Positions 11,815-23,891 of a stretch of 64,000 bases of DNA are shown here, one piece after another. Position 1 is the stretch's first letter. Each line of letters starts with the position of its first letter. Where the stretch lies: assembly GCF_000143415.4 (NCBI RefSeq), contig NW_003314430.1, positions 62,001 through 126,000 on the forward strand, written 5' to 3'. The notes under the pieces are model-generated. The model was not told the DNA's origin. It saw nothing but the letters and a program-made list of their open reading frames with translations, and did no database searches. Source of the stretch: Selaginella moellendorffii (taxonomy: Eukaryota > Plantae > Lycopodiophyta). The position numbers were made by a program, and so were the translations under genes.

Positions 11815-12345
11815 CATGTGAAGGAACTTCTATATATTTCTTGCTGAGCATACTTGGTTTGGTTTGAGAAACTTGTGTCATTAGCTTGTATTTGCTAATA
11901 TCAAGAACCTTACAATATTGAGTTTCCCTCAATATGATTACATGATAGTTTATTGTATTTATTAGACACCTTCATTATCATACCCCATGTGTTGGTCCCA
12001 TTTTAGTTTTATATGCTATTTATAGTGTTGTTCCTAATGTCATTTTATATTTTGTAAGTTTCATGCTTGTCCTAAAAACTAACTCTTAATACTAAGGGTA
12101 AAAGCCCAAAATATGCATTCCTCAAGGAAAAAGGAGGGGGGCAAGGATATGAGAAGGGTCAAATGTATAGTAGAGATAGTGGTTGGAATGAATAACTAAC
12201 CACTTGAGACATTAGTTTAGCTCCCACTAAATTGTGTTGCTCTTTATTCTACTTTTAGCTTAAGTTTAAGCTCAAATTCTATATTGTTTTAGTTGGTGGG
12301 CCACTAATATGTCAAAATTGTGCCAGACACCATTTTGCATGCAAG
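11815..12345 (-). repeat. Dispersed repeat family, copy B (right arm of the inverted repeat)
   Basis: Reverse complement aligns with 10235-11085, minus the 194-bp insert and other indels. Confidence 0.85.
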
Positions 12346-12381
12346 TGTTGAATACACTATTAGCCTAGTTGATCTTGGGAT

Positions 12382-13890
12382 TCATGAAGGGAGGTAACAC
12401 CTATCTAATTCTGGACAGGCCCATTCGAAATCAGGAAAACACATGTCAACAACACCATCCTTGACATTGATCATCACATTAGCATCCCACATATCCCCAT
12501 GAACACGAAAAGCCACATGGCCAATGCAGTTGCCAACTTTCACCTGTGTGCACCTGCCAATGCCCAGAGCACACACAGCCTCATCCTGTCTACCTCAGGA
12601 TGTCCATGCAGTGGCTTCCATCCGTCCTGCACACTTAGGTACTCCATCGTTCACCTCAAGTGTCGTGAGTAGCTGCCAAGCTTTGGCCCACACTTTATGC
12701 ACATAACAGCCATATCGCTGAGCATACTTGGTGACATACTTCTCGCCATCCTGATCAACAACATAAACCCTTTTGTTATGAATCTTGGTCACTTCAGATT
12801 CCACGTTGAGTTAATGATGCAGAGGATAAGGGACTTCGGGCTTCCACAGCTGGTTCCAGCTCCTGCACATGCCAATCTCTGTACAAGTCCCACAGCCTGA
12901 GCAAGCACCTCTTTACAGCGATGCAGATCGTAACACCCTTCTCTGCCATCGGGCAATGGTGGTCTTGGATTGGCACAAAAACGGTCACCGTTAGCGGTTG
13001 ATAGCAGCAGTGGCCATTCCGCCAACCCGAAAAACCAGCCCAACCTGATCAATGACAAATGCCAGATAGCAAGAGCTTTTACCTTTGGTCGAGCCTTGCA
13101 GTGATAAAGCTTGAGGTTGTCCATGGCTTCAATACTTCTCGTAGAAAAGCCTAGCTTTACTTCGACGAGCCCTAGAAGAACATCCGAGATGCTGTCACGG
13201 ATGCCTAGATCCGTACTTTTCGGAGTATTCCGGGAGAAGTTCCCCGTGGACATCTCCTCCTGGACATAAATACCAATGTATCGGTGCCACAAATCGCGCA
13301 AGATGGAAATCATCTTTGACTCGCTCGAGTAGAAAGAGGACGAGGCCTTGGCAAGCCGGCAGTAGAAGTCATAGTCCTCTTCCTTGCATTGGATCGGAAA
13401 TCGGCCATCCACTATGTCGAGGAACAAGCCGAAGACCGGATTCATGAGCTGCAGTGGCAGAGGTGCCGCTGGTAAAGCAGGGTGGAAGTAGTAAACATCT
13501 GGTATCTTGGCCATCTGGGCCCTTCGGACAAACTCCAGGTTGGTGCTCGAAGGGCGATGCAACTTGCCAATGTGGCATCGCATTCATCTTCATCTACATA
13601 GAGACCAGGAATGATTAACGCTACAACAAAGCAGAAGCCATACCTGCTGCCCTGCGGGAAGGAGATCATCATCTTCCAGAACGAACCGCCTGTTGCGTTC
13701 ACAAGATTGAACTTGGACTCCGGCTTTCCATAGCATTCTTGGGGCTCTTTCAGGATCTCAGCCGCTGAGGACCCAGCGCCGTTGATAAAAATCACCTCCT
13801 CAATCTGTATCGAAATAACGGCATATGCTGAGGACGCATATTCTGGGCATATGCCAAGATTTAATGGTTGAGATATAACTAACCACATTG
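12382..13890 (-). pseudogene. Crinkler(CR)-like restriction-endonuclease-fold + kinase gene, disrupted
   Basis: LPLQLMNPVFGLFLD..EDYDFY..SSFYSSE..TDL..LVEVK (PD-(D/E)xK-like); in other frames KYVTKYAQRYGCYVHKVWA and VHGDMWDANVM..DFEWA (kinase catalytic loop and DF motif); pieces are split across frames. Confidence 0.65.
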
Positions 13891-14476
13891 CATTTGTATT
13901 AGCTTACAGACATATTTTATTAACACTTTGGAGCTTGGCCATTTTCTAAAAGTTTGAAAAAACAAGAACTTTAAGCCTTAGAATTTACCTCAAGCATGAA
14001 TTCAACTATGGCCTACATAGGAGGCTGTTAGTGGCCTAAAGCCATGCAAGTATTGACCATTGATGCTCAATCTTTTGCACCTTATCAGGTTGCATCGTGA
14101 TTCACGTTGCCTAGTGTTGCAGTGGGAGGAATGGCACTCACCCACGTGCACAGAAAACGCCAGGTTCACAGCTCTTCGATTTTCTTGCTGGATTGCTTTT
14201 AGAGTGCCATGATTCTTAGCTCTCCAATCTCTTTCTTGCCCCCAGGACACTCTCACGGGATTCTCTGCTGGCGTGTAGTGGCATCATGGGTTGTTCAGAT
14301 CAATGTAAGCGCAAGGAGCTTCTCAAGGAAAATCCAATCTACATTTTCATCCACAACAGCAAGTCTATCTGTCTTGTCATCGTCAACTACATTAACAGGG
14401 TTCTCACATCCATGCGGGCAGACTTGGTTGACAGTGTCCCTTCTTCCAGGTTGATCAAAACCGGCTTACAGATGAT

Positions 14477-15057
14477 AACCGGCTTCCTGGACAACGGCAC
14501 GGTGATGAAGGACTACACCATGGTGCTACAGATGGTCCTCTGGCTGCATCGGATATGTGATCAGAAAAACAGAAGAAAAACTTTGAACTTCACAGAAGCA
14601 GGACGGAAAGTAACCAGTGCAGAGCTGCTGATAAAATGCTGGCTACGCTGGGCGATGATTTCGACTGTCCGATCTGCCTCGCTCATCCTTCTGGAGCCGT
14701 TATCACATCCTGTGCTCACGTTTTCTGCCGGAGGTGCCTCAAGAAAGCACTGTAAGATGAGGACAAAGCTGAGCGAGGACGATATCTTCGCTAGGGAAAC
14801 CAAAGGAGGAAGCAGATGAAGAGCCGTTCAACAAAAACGATGTAGAGGACGAGGATGACAATCCTCGTGAAGGAGTGAAGCCAAGTGCCAAGATCAACGT
14901 GCTGAAAACGAAAAAAGTCATCAAGGAGCCACTCCAAAGGGCCAGTTTCAAGTTCGTCAAGCTCAAGGTCGGCATGAGCGGAAGAGGAGTGGCTGTTCTT
15001 CTCAGCCTCAAGGTCGCTGGAGTGTGACGGCGTCCAACGTTTTCATGATTGATCCAT
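14477..15057 (+). pseudogene. RAD5/HLTF(SMARCA3)-like SNF2-RING helicase C-terminal fragment
   Basis: YTMVLQMVLWLHRICD, GDDFDCPICLAHPSGAVITSCAHVFCRRCL (RING) then a stop, PSAKINVL, LSLKVAGV..TASNVFMIDP; internal deletions and frameshifts. Confidence 0.8.
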
Positions 15058-15116
15058 CAACGTTAGGACGTGCATTGGCTGGATCCGACGGCCCAAAAAG
15101 TTCGGCAACTTGCGCT

Positions 15117-15443
15117 GGCATACGCCATGCGCAACTGCGCATCGCCCTCAAAGATCTTCTTGACGCTGCAAAACTCCCCGCTATGGAGGAGAGATGCCAG
15201 GATGCTCGTCCGAGCGCGCAAGGCATCGTCATCTTTGAATGCAATCACCTCCCTTCCTCCAGAGCCCTGGCGCTGCTGCGCTGTCGGATGAGCTCGCCAT
15301 AACTCCTGGAATCCAAGCTCCGATCATCCTCACGCTCCAAATGCTCCACTATCTCTCGCAGATTCTTCCCAGTCCACAAAGTGCCCGCTGTTGATGGTGG
15401 CGACCCTGGTATACAGCGCCATCCACCTCCTGTTTCGTGTCAT
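15117..15443 (-). pseudogene. Deleted, degraded duplicate of the 5' end of the PPR gene 2659-4779
   Basis: Colinear match to 4249-4798 (e.g. ctcccttcctccagagccctggcgctgctgc, cgctgttgatggtggcgac) with several internal deletions. Confidence 0.88.
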
Positions 15444-15558
15444 CGTAGCCCCAGATCGATCGATTCACGAGGAGCTCGCGGGCAAGGAGACAGGTAGCGT
15501 TTGGATGGCCGCCGCCAAAGCCCTAAACCCTCTTCCTCGAGGCGAGGGAGGAGTGGGC

Positions 15559-17041
15559 ATGGGCGCCAGCATCAGGAGTGGCGCGAGCTTGGCGGCTACG
15601 GGCTACATTCCGCGGAGCTTGCGATCGCAGCAGTGCTCCAGCGCTAGATTCCGGATGCAGCTCCTCGCTCCCACCAGGAATTTAGGTCTTTCCAGCAACC
15701 TCCAGCAGCAGCACCATCCGCTGGAATTCGCGTCTAGCGGCAAGAAGCAAGGATCCTTGTTCTTGGTTCCAAGCACGGGCGATAACTGGAAAGCTCGCAG
15801 TGATCTTCTTCCTTGCCGAGCCATTGCCGAGGAAGAACAGAGTAAGTGTTCTAGTTTTCTTCTTGAATTCCACGAGGAGCGAGCGAGCGGTTTCTTTTCT
15901 TTGCAGTGGCCGATGCCAAAGAAGCTGACACAGCTGCCAGGATCGATGGCAAGGCAATCTCGCAAGCGATCCGGGACGAGGTTGCGCAAGAGGTGGCCAG
16001 GATGAAGAGCGCGCTGGGAAAAGTTCCCGGCCTCGCTGTTATTCTGGTTGGCAGCCGCAAGGATTCGCTGCTCTACGTGACGAGCAAGGAGAAGGCCTGC
16101 GAGCAGGCTGGAATTCGATCCTACAGCGTCAACTTGCCCGACACCGCCACTGAGGCCGAGATCTTGGAGCACGTTCACAAGTTCAATCGTGATCCCGATG
16201 TTCACGGCATCCTCGTCCAGCTTCCACTCCCAAAGGTAAGCAAACTCTCTCTCCCTCTCTTTCGATCTAGCTTTGTTCCATATCTTTGTTCTTGTTCTTT
16301 GTTCCATAGCTACTGGGGCTTGGATTGATCGAGTTATACCATCTTTGCAGCACGTCCGAGAGCAAGAAATCCTGGGAGCCGTGAGCATGGACAAGGACGT
16401 CGATGGATTCCACCCCACGAACATTGGAAGGCTGGCCATGCAAGGAAGGCAGCCTCTTTTCATCCCGTGCACGCCTCGGGGATGTATAGAGCTGCTACTG
16501 CGAACCGGCGTCCAAATCAGTGGCAAGCATGCTGTTGTCATCGGTCGCAGCAACATCGTAGGAACGCCAGCAGCGATGCTCCTTCAGGTTCCACTCTTTT
16601 TCTCCAGTTTTACTCGTTCGTGATCGATTCTTCTTTTTTTTTTTCGGCAGCGTCACAATGCAACCGTAACGGTGGTTCACTCTTACACTCCAGATCCGGC
16701 CGCGGTGACGAGAACTGCGGATATCGTCATTGCCGCGGCTGGAGTGGCTCATCTGGTGCGGAAAGACTGGCTCAAACCAGGAGCTGTGGTGATTGACGTT
16801 GGTATCAACCCAATCGAGGTATGTTCATCCCCGTTTTGGCTTTGAAGTTGAGCTGCCAATGCAGGATCCTTCCGCAAAGAAAGGCCATCGCACCGTAGGT
16901 GACGTCCACTTCAAAGAAGCGTGTAGTGTGGCGTCGGCCATCACTCCAGTCCCTGGAGGTGTTGGACCCATGACCATCGCCATGCTCCTCCAAAACACTG
17001 TAGAATCGGCCAAGCGGGCCTATGAATTCAATGGAACTTAA
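15559..17041 (+). CDS. FOLD: Bifunctional methylenetetrahydrofolate dehydrogenase/cyclohydrolase, probably organellar (multi-exon)
   Basis: [74 protein letters not shown]; transit-like N-terminus; alternative ATG at 15505. Confidence 0.95.
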
Positions 17042-17115
17042 GCGGCTAGCAAAGTAAGTCTCGAGTCTCGCCAAAAATGAAAGTTTTGGATACAAAGAAA
17101 CGTTTTACATTTATG

Positions 17116-18544
17116 CTATGCAAGGAATCGGCCATCCCGAAACATCACTTTGAGGATTCTCTTGAGATTAGGAAGTACATGCCTGGGACCAGCGCTGGCT
17201 GTCTCAAAGCGATCCAAAATTTGCTCCAGATCCTATGATCAAAACAAAGAGAAGACGAAGAACACTGTCAATGCCAACTTAGTTTGGATGGAAAGAAACG
17301 AGACCTTGTTTAGAAGAAAGACTGCATAAGCCGCCCTCGTAGGCTCTTGGCCATCTGAAAAAAGAGGGAACTCAACTAGCTGATTCTCTACAGCCGGCAA
17401 GACAATGGCACCACCGCTGGTTGACGGCTCGGTCGGAGGTGAAGGATCTTGGATGTAAGATCGAGAGGCTCGGTATCTCACGGGGTAGCGAAGCCGGATG
17501 TCCAGGAAGCGAGACAACAGGGAGAGCATCTGCGAGCAAAGCTCAAACTAGTTTAGAAACTCCCACGAACTTTGTGATCTAGAAGCTTTCACGACCTAGC
17601 TCGTTGCAAATCTCTGAAAAAGGAAGAAAAGAATACTGCTTACATGAGCGACGTGTCCGAGTGCTGTGGCCGATGTTTCGTACTCTCGCTTGTCGGTGAA
17701 GAGCGCGGCTTCCTTTTTGACAGGAGCAATGACGTGCAGACCCGAGATTGTAAGTGGAACGCTGTCACCTTCGCCTGTGCACAAGTCATGAAATCTACGG
17801 AGATCGAGCAAGACTTTTGCGAGTACCTGCATGAGCAAGAGGCGGACACTTCTTCTCGTTTGTGCATGGAATGAGTGGATACAAAGCAGCAACTTGCGCA
17901 GCCATGGCACGCCTTCGAACAGTGAGAAGCCCCTTGAGACGAGCAAGTCTGCCATAGCCACCATCACCAGACAAAAGCTTCTGGGCCTCCTGGAAAAAGA
18001 GAGAAAACTTGTGGACGAACACACGAGCAAGCAAGATAAATACCTGCAATCGAAACTGCGCTGCATTCAAGGATCTAGCTGCGTGAAGCAAAGAATTCCC
18101 CGACAACGCCAACTTGTCCCTGGCATCCTTGAGCTGCTGGTTTTTTTCTTCCAGAGAGGACGTCGAATCCTCCACCGCTTTTCGCCGGAGTTCCACCTTC
18201 TTGTGTAGAGATTCCAACGCGTCGATCCGTTTGAGCTCGACCAAGTTCACAGTCTGTGAGAGTAGAGTACGTCACTACTTGAGAAAAAGAAAAATCTAAG
18301 AACTTACTTCCACAAGAGTCTCGAGCTTGCGAGCGGCGGATTCCTTGGATGCGCGGGCTTTGGAGAGGAGAGTGGCGAGGCCGCAGAGACGAGCGAGGGA
18401 GTTTTCGTATTCTTCCCATTGGAAGAGCTGGGGAGGAGGAGAGGGCTTCTTCTTCTTCTCACCGTCCTCGCTGGCGTCGGCGAGTCCGAGCTCCGAGCAG
18501 CACTGCGTCAGCACGGTGGCCACCGAATCCTCCACCTTGTCCAT
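17116..18544 (-). CDS. VPS38: UVRAG/VPS38-like PI3K complex subunit (multi-exon)
   Basis: Coiled-coil N-half; FTDKREYETSATALGHVAH, LRYPVRYRASRSYIQD, EFPLFSDGQEPTRAAYAVFLLNK|DLEQIL..GPRHVLPNL. Confidence 0.85.
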
Positions 18545-18591
18545 GCGATCCACTCCCGCCTCATCTTTCCAGCATCTGGAATCTGGATCAT

Positions 18592-18599
18592 AAACCCTA
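18592..18599 (+). promoter_or_regulatory. Telo-box AAACCCTA upstream of the VPS38-like gene
   Basis: Exact motif ~50 bp upstream of the ATG; exact copies also at 59233-59240 and 34397-34404. Confidence 0.5.
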
Positions 18600-20353
18600 G
18601 GCTAGGTAGTTACCTAATTCTTTCGTTTTCTACTGCAAGGTAAGCCATCGAGTCTAGAACCGAGAGAAATGATATATTCTGGGCGATTGATTCAGTCGAA
18701 AAAGCACTGGTGCTCGTCTATCTAATTGTTGGGAGAATCCAAGTCTAATAGCCACCGGTCACGTCACCAATCGCACTAGTGTAGTGACTCAAAGCTATGC
18801 ACCAAGGAAGAACTTTGGTTCAGAACTGGAGAGTTTTTTGTGGCAAAAATCCAAGTCCAAAAACATCGAGCTTGTTCTTGATGATCCAGTGATCTAAACA
18901 TGTCAAGGGTGCCAGCAGGATGATAAAAATCAATACACAGGCAGCACAAGTAACATCACAGGTATCAGGTGACCACGTCTAAAGGCAACTTCCACAAGAG
19001 TCGGAGACCTTGCAAACACAATTGGACAAGGGTGATGGCAAAAACTTCCCTTCTGGACAACATGTCTTGGTATTGACTCTGCTCAATGAAAACCCATGTC
19101 CCAACACATTTCAATGGTGGCTCCATGGATCACGATCAAAAGTTCCACTACTACCTTTCCACAGTCAACACTGATTGGACAATTGGGTTGACCGATGTGA
19201 TGGAAACATTGCAGAATTTTAGCAATACAGAACAGGCCAGCACCATTTTCACTCTGAGGTCGGCAATTGGGACACATGTAAAATGCCGTGGGAGGGACGC
19301 ATCTGCTACTTAAGCGTGATTGAAATTGTTTAACACTTCATCCAAGATTGCAACTTCTGCTTCAATGGCAAATAATAACATGCCTCCTCAATGAACTGCT
19401 GGCTGTATTGGAGAAACACTTGAAGTGTGGTTTAATCCACATGGCAGATGATGTGGATAGTAATATCTTAGATGGCAAAATTTAAGAAATCTTTGGGATT
19501 CTGGAAGAGAATCAAGAGCCGGGCAGTTTGTACAACAATGGCATTGCAAAGATTTAAACATTGCAGTTTGTTAGTTCATCCTGAATCAATCATCTCAACA
19601 TCTATTTGGTGAACTACATTGACTTCTATTAACTCGAGCTCAACTTGTGAATTGAGCTCAAAACCAACAACCCCAACAAATAGCCTTTATCATCTTCTCA
19701 AAAGCTAGTGTGAAGTGTGCATTGGATGAAGCCTTTCTTTCTCGAGAATGTGAGCTTGTTCAAACTGTTCAGCCAGTATGCTATTGCCTTCTGTGAGAAC
19801 AATCACAAGAGATAGAGAGCTTTTCTTCCTCCATTAGTTTGTCATAGTCTTCTCTTGGTGCTGCGGCATTTGCATGCTCTCCTGTGCTTGATTTTTGGCA
19901 TTATCTCATCCGTGTCAATGAGATTTCTTGAACGAATGGCCCTATGGCTTGATTGGAACTTGTTGATGGTATCAAATAGATCCTAGTCTAAAGCTGGTAG
20001 TTTGAACTTCTTAACAGTACCCAAATAGACGGTTTTTTGAAGGAAGAAAATGAGAGATGAGAGTTCTAAGCCCGAGTGTCCACAAGGCTGTCACGATTTG
20101 GGGATCACTCTTCTTGTTGAACACTGTTATCCAATGTCCACACACAAAATGAAATCCTCGTTAGAAAGGTTATGTCAGTGCTACTCACTCTCGTCTCTGC
20201 GCTCTCTTTTGTGTTGCAGGCGATTAGCACCTGGCGAGAGAGAGTCCAGGTCGCGACCAAGTTTGGCATCACGAGCCAGGTGTTCATGAATCATCTGGGG
20301 CACCCTATATAATTCCTTAGGGCCAGGGATAATGCGAGACTAGAGTGGAAGGC

Positions 20354-23046
20354 ATGGGTCCGCCGCGCCATGGATCTGGAAAAGAGTCAGGCCTGCAGCT
20401 CCGGAGAGGCGATGAGCAGCGCCTTGTTCCTCAGGAGAAAGCCGCCGCATCTTCAGGGCTGAGAAAGCGGAAAGCGGCTGAAGAATCAGCGGCCGCAAGA
20501 GAAAAGAAAAGGTTGCAATCTATAGTAATCCAAATGGTCCACGAGAAATCTCCTGGCAGGATTATGGACTTGGCCATGAAGATGCTCGAAGGTACGGTTT
20601 GTTTTTCATTCCCAACTTCAAGCTAGTTCTCACGATACAAACAAAAAATAACAGGTCCAAAACCAATGCCACATTCAGAGACTTCTGAAGAGACTGAAGA
20701 TGATCCGGGAATCGTTGAGAGAGCGTTTCAAGGGGAGTATCGGACTGTGGGGGGAGTAGACAACGTTGATCTCTTGCGTCAGAAGATTGAAGAAACAGGA
20801 ACATCCTGGGTTGCAAAGAATCGGATAGCACCTGTCGTTACTCTAGTGCAGTCGAGTGGCTGGGGAAAGTCGAGGACTATCTGCGAGCTTGCAAGTCGAG
20901 GTGTGTTCGTGGTTTACTGCTCCTTTGCATCTGCCACCACTACTTACCCGCCAAGGTCTGCCATTGCGGACTTCTTCTACACAAGCGCCGTCAGGCTGCT
21001 CAGCTCGGGTTCTCGGCTTGTGTCAGAGAGCAGGTTTATGCTCTTCTGCATGCACTACTTCTCGTCGTGCATCGATGTCGCCGTGGACAAGCAGTTGGCG
21101 GCAGAGGACTTCCTGCAGGAACTAATGCTTGGAGAGGAATTCTGGCGTCTAGTGCAGGCCAAGATTGAGAGTCGACAAAAACAGTGGGAACGCCGCTATC
21201 CTGCACTTGAAAAGGTACTGCTGGAGGAGCCTAGTAGAGCGAGCAATGTCTGGGGCGCATGGGAAGATCGGGTACATCGGCGAATGCGGAATACCGACAA
21301 ACTGAAGCAGTTACCGGATCCTCCCAAAGGAAAACTCAAGGTTTTGTTTGTCATGGATGAAGCTGGATGGTTTGGCAGGTGTGATGATCATCGAGCTTTT
21401 GCTGCATTTGATCCTGCAAGAAGGGCTGCCAGGCTGTTTCCAGGGACTGGAGAGGTCGTTGCCTTATATACAGACACCAACGATTTTGCTGGGAGCAATG
21501 TTGCACCTCCGTGTAGGCCGCACAGCAGCGACCGAGTAGCTGCACATGGAACGGCAGTATCACATCCAGCGTACTGCTTTTTCGCGGCACACTCACCGTC
21601 AGACACAGGAACAGGTAGCCTTCCGCTTGGCAAAGTGGAAAATCTTGGTCGTCTGGTCGCTTATGGTCGGCCGCTCTGGCAAGCACTGTTAAAGGCTAAA
21701 GGAGATCCTCAGGAGGTATTAACTCTGGCTGTCGACAAGCTCCTTGGCGGCGCTAATTCGCTCAGCAAGTTTGTGGAGCAAGGTTTTATGTTGGAAGAGG
21801 CTCCTTTGGCCATACTTGGCTGCAGGGTGTGCCTCGACATCAACCCTCAGGCCAGAGTTGTCTCTGGCTTGGTTGCGAGGCACCTGCTTAGCGTGGTGTC
21901 TATCTCTGACGACCGGGAGCATGTTTGGACGGATTGGGCCGTCGAGCCAGTGGTTGCAGCGGCTGCAGCAATGGCTTTGCGTGCGGGGCGAAAGCGGACA
22001 GGGTGGCAATACTGTCTCGAAAAACTTGAGGACGGGCTGATGCGTGGCTGGGTGGTTGATCGAGGTTACCGGGGCGAGCTTGTTGCACGAGTGCTGCTAT
22101 TACTCGCAGTGGACAGTCTGCAGAAAGATGCATGGAGGTGCTTCACTTTTGACGAGCTATGCCGTGGCCTTTGCGGCACGTCGGTGTCGGATCTCAGAAA
22201 AGCAGAGCTGGGAGTGGAGGACGAGGAGAAGGGCCGTAAAAATGTGGGTGACGCCAAGTTCCTTTGCTTGCAGTTCAGGAAAACGGACATTCCACTGAAG
22301 GAGCTCACGGCAGAGAATCTGCTTGCATTTGGAAAGGCGGGTGTTGGCATTATTTGCAGTGGAGGCATAGACATTATCATCGTAGGCTTTTTCGGTGGCA
22401 CGTTCAGCTTGGAGACGATGACCGCCATTCTGGTGAAAGTGAAGAGGACGAAGACGCTAGGCAACTTGGATTTGGCATATGCTAAATGTAGCCCGGAGTT
22501 TTCTGGGATGGTGGCTCTACTCGAGGTACCGTACGTGAGCTTGCTCGTGAATGTTGCTGACAGTTCCAGTGACGAACTTGGAAACTCAGAACGACAAAGC
22601 GTCAGTTTCAAAACTGGGAAACTCGTTAAAGCGGCATTAATGAAGAAGATGCCTGCAAATGTTTCGATGGGAGTGGCACTCCAGGAAACACACCCAAATT
22701 GCGAAGGTGTCGAGCTATGGGGAAAGGAGAAAGGAATGTCGTCCAGGAGCAAAAGACGTTCTTTACGGAATGTCGAGGCATGGAAACGATATTTTACTCC
22801 GGTTGATGACGATCTCCAACACATTGTGGCCATTAAAGGTGCGTTTTCTGTTGTTCTGTTGACAGTCACATTGTTTTTTCCGCAGGTTTGCAGGCATTCT
22901 CATCCAGGGACCAAGTGAAACGCCTGGTTGACATTACTCTGAAATCCACTCCAGGGATGAGGCGGTTAGAGGAGAGGAGTCAGAAGATATGTGCAGAGAT
23001 GATGTTTAGCCTTGTCAGAAAGAGAAAACTGCGAAACAAAAGGTGA
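20354..23046 (+). CDS. Crinkler(CR)-like P-loop NTPase + REase-fold protein (3 exons, apparently intact)
   Basis: TLVQSSGWGKSR (Walker A), VLFVMDEA (Walker B), YGRPLW, EPVVAAAA, GYRGELVARVLLLLAVD, GIDIII..AILVKVK; introns ~20592-20655 and ~22839-22885; basic NLS-like ends. Confidence 0.72.
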
Positions 23047-23805
23047 TGATAGTTGCTCTTACACTACTCTGTAAGGAGTCTATATTTCTCTTGACGATAT
23101 TATTTGTGCAGTGGCTGTCACAATATATACTGCTCCAAATTCTGGAATGTCGCTGGCTTGCATCTTTTTCAAAAGGAGGCAAGAAGAACTTATTTGACTA
23201 ACATAAAAGTTTGTTCTGGCCATGGTCGTCCATGACAAACTTGATCTCCAGTGCACCACAGCAGTGTGAACATAAAGAAGAATCTGTAGTAGAGAAAAAG
23301 AAAAGGAACAAGTTAGCAAAGAACCAACAAAACAATTTTACAAAAAAAATTGTTGTAACACACAATACATGCTTTTTAAATTACTGTCAACCATCGACAG
23401 ATTAATTAGCCCTTACACCCTAAGTCAATTGGCTAAAGATCTTTATTTTATTATCTTAACCTGGTGCTTAATAATCTTCCTTTTGCTAGGGAATAATCTG
23501 CAATCATATTTAAATCACCCTTGGTCACTATAGTCTTTCTCTTATAGTTTACCAAATTTTAGTTCTCCCTCTAGATCCATTATGTTGAATATTTCTTTAA
23601 AATATTTTTGCCCCACTCGTTAGCCATGAGAATCAAATCTAACTTTGATTACACCTTAAGTCAATGGTAATCACTACATTGCAAAGCTTTTTCTTTATTT
23701 TATTATCTTGACCTGATGCCTAATATTGGGGGTGGTGATCTGCTTTACGTCAACACTTTCACAGTAATTCTTCCTTAATCCTTTCTAGCTTTCCATGCGT
23801 ATGTT

Positions 23806-23891
23806 TAAGCCCAGAGGATATTCCGTCGCGGCGCCATTGATTCCAATATTCCAATGGCGCCATTGATTCGACTAAGCCCAGAGGATATTCC
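23806..23891. repeat. A-B-B-A short direct repeat patch
   Basis: taagcccagaggatattcc x2 (23806, 23873) enclosing ggcgccattgattc x2. Confidence 0.85.

Larger units (their letters stand above)
5440..12360. mobile_element. AT-rich nest of degraded repeats / retroelement remnants
   Basis: Abrupt drop in GC, no credible ORFs, internal direct and inverted repeats, TG..CA-bounded inserts, homology to the AT-rich block at 48.9-49.3 kb. Confidence 0.7.
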
